From Bacilli bacterium (GTDB lineage: Bacteria; Bacillota_I; Bacilli_A; RF39; UBA660), in the NCBI GenBank assembly GCA_017398945.1, contig JAFQES010000027.1, positions 771-64,770 of the forward strand: a DNA stretch of 64,000 nucleotides, read 5' to 3'. The first letter of the stretch is position 1. Every line of letters begins with the position of its first letter. The translations under genes and the position numbers were made by a program. Below are positions 56,854-64,000 of the stretch, piece after piece. The notes below the pieces were generated by a model. The model saw only the letters and a list, made by a program, of their open reading frames with translations. It did not search any database and was not told the origin of the DNA.

Positions 56854-57183
56854 ATGAAGAAATATGAAATTATAAAAGATTCAAAAATATTTGATTATGT
56901 TATAAAAAACGGAAAACGTCTAAAAAACCAATATTACAATATATTTTATATGGAAAATAAAGAAGCTAAAACATTATTTGGACTCGCTGTTGGTAAAAAA
57001 GTTGGTAATGCCGTTATAAGAAATAAAAATAAAAGACAATTAAAGAATATAGTTGATGAAAATAAGTTTTTATTTCAAAAGCCTTACTATTATATTATAA
57101 TGGTAAAGAAAGATGTTAATGATTTAAGTTATGAACAAAAAAAAGAAGCTTTAGTTTCTTTAATAAAAAAGGAGAAAAATTAA
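56854..57183 (+). CDS. rnpA: Ribonuclease P protein component
   Basis: The start is at MKKYEIIK. GLAVGKKVGNAVIRNKNKRQLK (RNR motif). Confidence 0.9.
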   Translation: MKKYEIIKDSKIFDYVIKNGKRLKNQYYNIFYMENKEAKTLFGLAVGKKVGNAVIRNKNKRQLKNIVDENKFLFQKPYYYIIMVKKDVNDLSYEQKKEALVSLIKKEKN

Positions 57184-58199
57184 TGAAAAAAAATATAACT
57201 AAAATAGCAGTATTAGCTTTATTAGTATTAACTTTAACAGGATGTGGTCAAAAAGATTACTTAATGGATAAAAAAGATAAAGTTATTACTTATGAAAAAA
57301 CTGGCCAAACATTACCAAATAACATATTATGTAAACCAACCGATAAAGAATTATATAAAGTTTATGAAAAAAATAATGATCAATTAAAAGTACCAATGGA
57401 TAAATTACCAACATGTTCTAATTTTAAAGTTTCATTTAAAAATAGTGGTTCTCTATGGGAAGGATTATTTATTAGACCACTTGCTTATTTAATTATTAAA
57501 TTAGGAGAAATTGTTAATAACTATGGTGTTTCGGTAATTTTAATTGGATTAGCAATAAGATTATTGTTGTTACCAGTATCAATTAAAAACCAAGCTCAAG
57601 CTGAAAATATGAAAAAGATTAATCCTGAACTGCAAAAACTAGAAAAGAAATATGCTAATCAAACTAGTAATGAAGCAATGATGGCTAAAAGTCAAGAAAT
57701 GATGATGTTATATAAAAAATATAATGTAAGTCCATTTTCCAGTTGTTTAATATCATTTATTCAATTACCATTATTCTTAGCATTCTTACAAGCTATAAAT
57801 CGTATTCCTGTTGTTTTTGAAGATTCATTATTTGGAATGTATTTAGGTATGACACCTTATACTGGATTAAAATCTGGCAATTATATTTATATCATTTTAA
57901 TAGTATTAATTTTCTTAACAACATATCTATCATTTAAAAAGACATTATCATCAACTGGAAATAAAGAACAAGATCAAAGTATGAAAACAATGTTTTATAT
58001 GATGTTAATAATGATTGTGTTTACTTCATTTAGTTTATCAACCGCAATTAGTTTATATTGGATTGCTACAAATGGCTTTATCGCTATTCAAAACTATATA
58101 ATTAAAAAAATAATTGAAAAAAAAGAAGAAAACAACGATAATAGAAGTAGAAAACAAAAAAAGGTTTCAATTAAAGAAAAATCTGAACGTAGAAGGTGA
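57183..58199 (+). CDS. yidC: Membrane protein insertase YidC/SpoIIIJ (lipoprotein type)
   Basis: 338 aa. The lipobox is LTLTGCG, with PLAYLI, MMLYKKYNVSPFSSCL and a basic C-tail. Confidence 0.92.
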   Translation: MKKNITKIAVLALLVLTLTGCGQKDYLMDKKDKVITYEKTGQTLPNNILCKPTDKELYKVYEKNNDQLKVPMDKLPTCSNFKVSFKNSGSLWEGLFIRPLAYLIIKLGEIVNNYGVSVILIGLAIRLLLLPVSIKNQAQAENMKKINPELQKLEKKYANQTSNEAMMAKSQEMMMLYKKYNVSPFSSCLISFIQLPLFLAFLQAINRIPVVFEDSLFGMYLGMTPYTGLKSGNYIYIILIVLIFLTTYLSFKKTLSSTGNKEQDQSMKTMFYMMLIMIVFTSFSLSTAISLYWIATNGFIAIQNYIIKKIIEKKEENNDNRSRKQKKVSIKEKSERRR

Positions 58200-58204
58200 A
58201 GTAA

Positions 58205-58816
58205 ATGAACAAAATCATTAAAGAAGGTAAAAGCTTAGCAGATTTATTAGAACAAATTGCTAATGAATATGAAATTTCTCAAAATGAAATTTTATATACA
58301 ACTTATGAAAAAAAAGGTGGACTATTTAAAGGAAATATTGTTGTTGTAGAAGCAATTACCTATAATAGTTTGAAAGATGAAATAAAATCTTTTTTAGCAG
58401 AATTGTTAAATAACTTAGGGTTTGAAGTTACTTTAGAAAGTAAATTAAGAGAAAATCAAATTATTATTAATATGAATTCAAATAACAATCCATTATTAAT
58501 TGGAAAAAACGGTCAAACGCTAAAAGCTTTAGAAACAATTGTAAGACAATATGTCTTAAAAGATTTTAGAACTTGTCCAATAATTTCTTTAGATGTTGAA
58601 GATTACAAACTAAAACAACAAAAGAGAATTGAAAGATTGGCTAAAAATGTTGCTCGAGAAGTATCAAGAACCAAAATTGAAGTGGCTTTAGAAAATATGA
58701 ATTCATTTGAAAGAAGATTGGTACATAACATATTATCTAATAATAAATATGTTTATACTGAAAGCGTTGGAGAAGACCCAAATAGACATGTTGTAATTAA
58801 ACCAAAAAATGAATAA
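58205..58816 (+). CDS. jag: Jag/KhpB RNA-binding protein (KH plus R3H)
   Basis: 203 aa. LIGKNGQTLKALETIV (KH) and SFERRLVHNIL (R3H). Confidence 0.88.
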   Translation: MNKIIKEGKSLADLLEQIANEYEISQNEILYTTYEKKGGLFKGNIVVVEAITYNSLKDEIKSFLAELLNNLGFEVTLESKLRENQIIINMNSNNNPLLIGKNGQTLKALETIVRQYVLKDFRTCPIISLDVEDYKLKQQKRIERLAKNVAREVSRTKIEVALENMNSFERRLVHNILSNNKYVYTESVGEDPNRHVVIKPKNE

Positions 58817-59105
58817 TATGTTTGAACAATTAGAACAATTTCAAGCAGAATTATTAGAAATTCAAAATGAATACAATATGTCAGATAATGAATTTCAATA
58901 TCTTTGTACTCTAATAACTGAAAATATTCCAAGTATTAAAGATTCAATCGAAATAATCGAAATAATAAAAAGAAGTGTAGAGATATATAATACAGAAGAA
59001 ACAATACTTCCAGCATTAAATAAAACTCGACCTATGTTAGCTAAAGAAGCCGTTAAATCAGCAATAAAAAGCTTACAAGATGAAAATAAATCAATAAGAC
59101 TTTAA
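58809..59105 (+). CDS. Hypothetical protein
   Basis: 98 aa, helical and acidic. It overlaps the jag stop by 8 nt. It is not part of the usual jag-mnmE arrangement. Confidence 0.4.
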   Translation: MNNMFEQLEQFQAELLEIQNEYNMSDNEFQYLCTLITENIPSIKDSIEIIEIIKRSVEIYNTEETILPALNKTRPMLAKEAVKSAIKSLQDENKSIRL

Positions 59106-59191
59106 GCAAAGAAAAAACTTCTTTGCTTTTTATATGGATAGATTGAATTTTAAGATATATTTTGCTATAATACGTGCCGGAAGTGAGCGTT

Positions 59192-60535
59192 ATGAACGAT
59201 ACAATTTGTGCTATTTGTACCTCTTTGGGAACAGGAGCAATCTCAATAATTAGAGTTAGTGGTGAAGAGAGCTTATCGATTGTTTCTAAAATTTTTAGTA
59301 AAGATTTAACTAAATTAGCTGATCATACTATCAATTATGGTTTTATAAAATATGAAAGTGAAATAATCGATGAAGTCTTAGTAGCTATTATGAAAGGTCC
59401 AAAATCATATACATGCGAAGATGTAGTTGAAATAAACTGTCATGGTGGAATTGCAACAACTAATAAAATATTAGAAATATTACTTGCTGAAGGTTGCCGT
59501 TTAGCAACACCGGGAGAATTTACCAAAAGAGCTTATTTAAACGGCAGACTTAATTTATCTCAAGCCCAAGCAGTTAATGATTTACTCACTGCTAAAAGTG
59601 ATGCTGCGAGAAAAGTATTTATAAACGGACTTCAAGGGGTCTTAACTAAAAAAATTAGAGAAATAAGACAAGTACTAGTTGATTTAATAAGTAATATCGA
59701 AGTAAATATCGACTTTCCTGAATATGAAGACAACTTAGTAATAACCAATGAAATATTAGAAAAACATTTAAATAGTTTAAAAGAAGATTTTACGAGTCTA
59801 TTGGAAGATGCCAAAACAACGAATTTAGTTAAAGAAGGTATTAATGTTTGTTTAGTAGGTAAACCAAATTCAGGTAAAAGTAGTTTATTAAATGCATTGC
59901 TTAATGAAGAAAAAGCCATTGTCAGTAATATTGAAGGAACAACAAGAGATATTGTTGAAGGAACTATTAATTTAAACGGAATATCATTAAACTTAATTGA
60001 TACTGCCGGTATAAGAGAAACAGAAAATGAAATTGAAAAAATAGGGGTGGAGAAGAGTAAAAAAGCTATAGATATGGCTGATTTAATCATTATAGTCATA
60101 GATAAATCTAAAGGTATTACAAGTGAAGATCAAGAATTGATTGATAACGTACCCGAAGAAAAAAGAATTATTTTTATGAATAAGGATGATTTAGAAGGTG
60201 CATCAATTCCAAGTGACTATAAAGTAATCACAGGAAACACGCAAAATATTGAAGGCATTAGAGGATTAAAACAAGAAATAATAAATATGTTTAATTTAGA
60301 TCAAATTAATTCTAAAGATGTAACATACTTAAACAACATTAATCAAATCAATGTTATTAAGAAATGTTTAGATTTAACGTTAAATGCTTTAACTAATTTA
60401 AAAAACAATGCTTTTGTCGATATGATAGAAATAGATATTCGTACAATTTGGGAATTATTAGGAGAACTTATCGGCGAGCAATATGATGAAGAATTATTAG
60501 ATAACTTATTTAAAAATTTTTGTTTAGGAAAGTAG
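59192..60535 (+). CDS. mnmE: tRNA modification GTPase MnmE
   Basis: The start is at MNDTICAICT. GKPNSGKSSLLNAL, DTAGIRE, and the C-terminal FCLGK. Confidence 0.95.
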   Translation: MNDTICAICTSLGTGAISIIRVSGEESLSIVSKIFSKDLTKLADHTINYGFIKYESEIIDEVLVAIMKGPKSYTCEDVVEINCHGGIATTNKILEILLAEGCRLATPGEFTKRAYLNGRLNLSQAQAVNDLLTAKSDAARKVFINGLQGVLTKKIREIRQVLVDLISNIEVNIDFPEYEDNLVITNEILEKHLNSLKEDFTSLLEDAKTTNLVKEGINVCLVGKPNSGKSSLLNALLNEEKAIVSNIEGTTRDIVEGTINLNGISLNLIDTAGIRETENEIEKIGVEKSKKAIDMADLIIIVIDKSKGITSEDQELIDNVPEEKRIIFMNKDDLEGASIPSDYKVITGNTQNIEGIRGLKQEIINMFNLDQINSKDVTYLNNINQINVIKKCLDLTLNALTNLKNNAFVDMIEIDIRTIWELLGELIGEQYDEELLDNLFKNFCLGK

Positions 60536-60543
60536 GTGAGAAT

Positions 60544-62403
60544 ATGTATGATGTAATTGTTGTAGGAGCAGGTCATGCTGGTTGTGAAGCAGCTTACATT
60601 TCTTCTTTTATGGGCAAGAAAACAGCTTTAATAACGATTAATAAAGCCAATCTTGCTGATATGCCATGTAATCCATCAATTGGTGGAACTGCCAAAGGAA
60701 TTATTGTTAGAGAAATAGATGCCCTAGGCGGATTAATGGGTAAAGTTGCTGATAAAAGTCATTTTCAAATAAAAATGTTAAATGATAGCAAAGGCCCAGC
60801 TGTAAGGTCGCTAAGAGCTCAAGCTGATAAAAAAGTCTATCCTGCTGAAATGTTAAAAGAATTAGAAAAGCAAACTAATTTAGATATTATTGAAAATACT
60901 GTTGAAGACTTAATTGTTGAAGATAAAAAAGTTTCCGGTGTGGTTTTAGCTAATAAAAAAACATTAACAGCTAAAATCGTTATTCTAACAACCGGAACAT
61001 ATTTAAAAGCCAATATTTTGATTGGAGATACCAATACTCCGGGAGGTCCCCATGGTGAAAAAAGAAGTAATCATCTAAGTGATAATTTAGAAAAATTAGG
61101 ATTTACCATTCAAAGACTAAAGACCGGAACTCCACCTCGAATTAAAGAAAGCTCAATCGATTTTTCTGTAATGCAAGAAGAGCATGGATCAATAAAACCA
61201 TATACATTTAGCTTTGAAAATGAAATATATTACGATATAGATCGTCAAGAGAAATGTTATTTAATTTATACAAATGAGAAAACTCATCAAATTATTAATG
61301 AAAATTTAGACAAATCAAGTATGTATGGTGGATTTGTAAGTGGAGTAGGTCCAAGATATTGTCCTTCTATCGAAGATAAAATCGTTCGTTTTAAAGATAA
61401 AGAAAGACATCAATTATTTTTAGAACCAGAAAGTAAATATTATGATGAATGGTATCTTCAAGGCTTTTCTACTTCCATGCCTAAAGATGTTCAAGAAAAA
61501 ATGGTTCATAGCTTACCTGGATTAGAAAATGCTATCATCACCAAATATGCCTATGCAATAGAATATGATGCTATCGATCCATTAGAGCTTACTCCATCAC
61601 TAGAAACCAAAGTGATTGAAAACTTATTTACAGCTGGTCAAATAAATGGTACTAGTGGATACGAAGAAGCAGCTGCTCAAGGATTAATGGCAGGAATTAA
61701 TGCTGTCTTAAAATTAGATAACAAAGACCCTTTAATTTTAAGAAGAGATGAAGCATATATCGGGGTATTAATTGATGATTTAGTAACAAAAGGAACAAAA
61801 GAACCATATCGAATGCTAACTAGTAGAGCAGAATTTCGGCTTATTTTAAGACATGATAATGCTGATTTACGTTTAACACCTTATGCTTATGAAGTAAAAT
61901 CAATATCAGAAAAAGCATATCGAAGATATGAAAATAAAATAAATCTAATAAATGAGTTTAAAGAATTTTTACAAACAAACTCTTTAAATATTAAAGAAAA
62001 TAAAGAAAAGTTAGAAGAATTATGTCGCACTGAATTTACCAAAAATATTAAACTAATTGATGCTTTAAAGCGCCCAGAGATTACTTTAGATATTTTAAAT
62101 CAAATAATTGATTTAACTAAATATACTTCAGTATTTGAAGAAGTAGAAATCGAAATAAAATATGAAGGATACATAAATAAAGCTTATAAAGAAAAAGATA
62201 AATTAATCAAGCTAGAAAAAAAGACAATTCCAAAAGATCTTAACTATGATTTAATTAAAAATTTATCAAGCGAATCTCGCCAAAAACTAAAACAAGTAAA
62301 TCCTCTAACACTAGGTCAAGCTTCTCGAATTAGTGGAGTAAATCCTGTTGATATATCTATTTTAGCAATTTATTTAAAAAAGGAATATGCCAATGAAAAT
62401 TAA
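60544..62403 (+). CDS. mnmG: tRNA uridine 5-carboxymethylaminomethyl modification enzyme MnmG
   Basis: The start is at MYDVIVVGAGHAGCEAA, preceded by AGGTGA. GPRYCPSIEDK. Confidence 0.96.
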   Translation: MYDVIVVGAGHAGCEAAYISSFMGKKTALITINKANLADMPCNPSIGGTAKGIIVREIDALGGLMGKVADKSHFQIKMLNDSKGPAVRSLRAQADKKVYPAEMLKELEKQTNLDIIENTVEDLIVEDKKVSGVVLANKKTLTAKIVILTTGTYLKANILIGDTNTPGGPHGEKRSNHLSDNLEKLGFTIQRLKTGTPPRIKESSIDFSVMQEEHGSIKPYTFSFENEIYYDIDRQEKCYLIYTNEKTHQIINENLDKSSMYGGFVSGVGPRYCPSIEDKIVRFKDKERHQLFLEPESKYYDEWYLQGFSTSMPKDVQEKMVHSLPGLENAIITKYAYAIEYDAIDPLELTPSLETKVIENLFTAGQINGTSGYEEAAAQGLMAGINAVLKLDNKDPLILRRDEAYIGVLIDDLVTKGTKEPYRMLTSRAEFRLILRHDNADLRLTPYAYEVKSISEKAYRRYENKINLINEFKEFLQTNSLNIKENKEKLEELCRTEFTKNIKLIDALKRPEITLDILNQIIDLTKYTSVFEEVEIEIKYEGYINKAYKEKDKLIKLEKKTIPKDLNYDLIKNLSSESRQKLKQVNPLTLGQASRISGVNPVDISILAIYLKKEYANEN

Positions 62404-63109
62404 TGAATTTATTGATTATTTAAAAGAAATTAATATTAATGTCACAGAAAAAGAATTATCATTATTAGAAAAATATTATGAATTTTTAGTTGAATATAAT
62501 TCTCATACCAATTTAACCTCGATTACCCAAAAAGATCTAGTTTATCTAAAACACTTTTATGATAGCATCTCTGTAGCTCAAAGTTATGATTTTACGAAAG
62601 AATTAAAAGTCTTAGATATTGGAACTGGTGCAGGTTTTCCGGGAGTTATTTTAAAAATCTTTTTTCCGCAAATAAAGTTAGTTTTATTAGATTCTAATAA
62701 TAAAAAAACAACATTTTTAATAAACTTAATAAAGAAACTAGATTTAAAAAATGTTACAGTTGTAAATGATCGGGCGGAAAATTATATAAAACAAAATAGA
62801 GAAAGTTTTGATGTAGTCATATCTCGTGCTGTAGCTAATATGGCTATCTTGCTAGAACTAGGAATTCCTTTCTTAAAAGTAGGGGGAAACCTAATAGCTA
62901 TGAAAGCAAGTAGAGAGGTGACAACTAAAGAATTAGATAATAGCAAAAATACTTTACAAATCATAAAAGCTAAAATTATTACGGAAAAAAGTTTTCTTTT
63001 ACCAATTGAAAACAGTCAAAGAACAATAATTGTTTTTGAAAAAGAAGATATAACAGATACTAAATATCCAAGGAGCTATGATAAAATTCTAAAAAATCCA
63101 TTGAAATAA
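62393..63109 (+). CDS. rsmG: 16S rRNA (guanine527-N7)-methyltransferase
   Basis: VLDIGTGAGFPG and VISRAVA. Confidence 0.92.
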   Translation: MKINEFIDYLKEININVTEKELSLLEKYYEFLVEYNSHTNLTSITQKDLVYLKHFYDSISVAQSYDFTKELKVLDIGTGAGFPGVILKIFFPQIKLVLLDSNNKKTTFLINLIKKLDLKNVTVVNDRAENYIKQNRESFDVVISRAVANMAILLELGIPFLKVGGNLIAMKASREVTTKELDNSKNTLQIIKAKIITEKSFLLPIENSQRTIIVFEKEDITDTKYPRSYDKILKNPLK

Positions 63110-63149
63110 AATTCAAAACGCGCTAAAATGACATTAGAATAAGAAAGGG

Positions 63150-64000
63150 TTTGATATATGTGAATCATACAGGGAGTGTAATTCAAATACCTATTGAAGA
63201 TATTATTCCAAATAGATTTCAACCACGTATAGCTTTTGATGAAAAAGCTTTACAAGACTTAGCAAATTCTATAAAGCAACATGGTATTATTCAACCCTTA
63301 GTTGTACGTAGATTAGGCGATAAGTATGAAATAATCGCAGGGGAAAGAAGATATAAAGCCTCACAGTTAGCTGGTCTTATCTCTGTTCCTGCAGTTTTAA
63401 CTGATATAGATGACCAAACTAGCGCCGAAGTAGCATTAGTCGAAAATGTTCAAAGAAAAGATTTAACTGCTATAGAAGAAGCAAGAAGTTATAAAAACAT
63501 TTTAGATAAAGGTAGTATGACTCAAGAAGAGTTAGCTAAAAAGATGGGAGTATCTCAATCTGCTATTGCTAATAAATTACGTCTATTAAATTTAGCTGAC
63601 GAAGTTCAGGATGCGTTATTAGAAGGTAAAATTTCAGAAAGACATGCAAGAAGCTTATTGATGGCTTCTAATCATAGAAGACAAGTAGAATTATTAAACA
63701 GAACAATAGAAGATCGTCTTACTGTTCGTCAATTAGACACTATTATTAAATCAGAAAGTGCTCAGTCTGCTGATGATATTTTGGAAGATGTTCCCCTAGT
63801 TAATATTGAGCAAGATTTAGAAGAATTGAAATCAAAAGCAACCGATATAAATCCGGTTAATCAAGATATAGTTTTACCAAATTTAGAGTCAATGGGTGAT
63901 AACGAAACTCAGGAATCCAATTCGAATGTAGAACAAAAGCCAAAGTTTTTTAACTTTCTGGATAATAGTCCTAAATCTTCAGAAGTAAATTCATCTCTTC
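63150..64000 (+). CDS. ParB/Spo0J/Noc-family protein (3' end beyond the window)
   Basis: Not in the track because it is open-ended. From the GTG at 63150 the translation reads VNHTGSVIQIPIEDIIPNRFQPRIAFDEKALQDLANSIKQHGIIQPLVVR...IIAGERRYKAS...VENVQRKDL...MTQEELAKKMGVSQSAIANKLRLL. No stop occurs before position 64000. No ParA gene lies between rsmG and this gene. Confidence 0.85.

Overview
This 64-kb window is the replication-origin region of a very AT-rich, endospore-forming Firmicute. The sporulation genes present are spoVT, spoVG, veg, yabG, yabP, yabQ, bofA and cwlD. From about 14 kb to the end the content is mostly conserved housekeeping. It includes rpsI-rplM, truA, rsmA, tatD, a T-box-controlled dut-metG, mfd, pth, holB, recR, ybaB, dnaX, tadA, SRP RNA, gyrA, gyrB, recF, dnaN and dnaA. 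DnaA boxes lie on both sides of dnaA. Downstream come rpmH, rnpA, yidC, jag, mnmE, mnmG, rsmG and a ParB-family gene. The first 17 kb is accessory DNA. A signal-peptide-less Amidase_3/LysM cell-wall amidase gene is split by an 11.3-kb element that carries a large serine recombinase. Its junctions predict scarless in-frame reconstitution. The element carries a Dam-type type II R-M pair, an Mrr-like nuclease and an RloC/PrrC-like anticodon-nuclease ATPase. It also carries an AbiEi-like gene with no AbiEii partner, a Swt1-type HEPN protein and a frameshifted TnpV-like gene. Between the recombinase gene and the AbiEi-like operon lies an unannotated array of about 11 covarying hairpins, closed by a + strand terminator. 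I consider this array the best candidate for something undescribed. Flanking the element are a tandem-HEPN ORF and an Abi_2 gene. Other points worth a second look:
- Six parS sites lie within 460 bp between gyrA and ffs, one of them fused to a perfect DnaA box.
- A 24-26-bp perfect palindrome is inserted in-frame three times, twice in dnaX and once in a methyltransferase gene.
- A 57-bp duplication of the rpsI 3' end brackets a 0.6-kb insert.
- A pair of ABC-ATPase-like genes lacks catalytic motifs.
- A solitary HerA-like ATPase sits between truA and rplM.
No tRNA, rRNA or CRISPR array was recognised. All family assignments come from motif recognition by eye, not from database searches.
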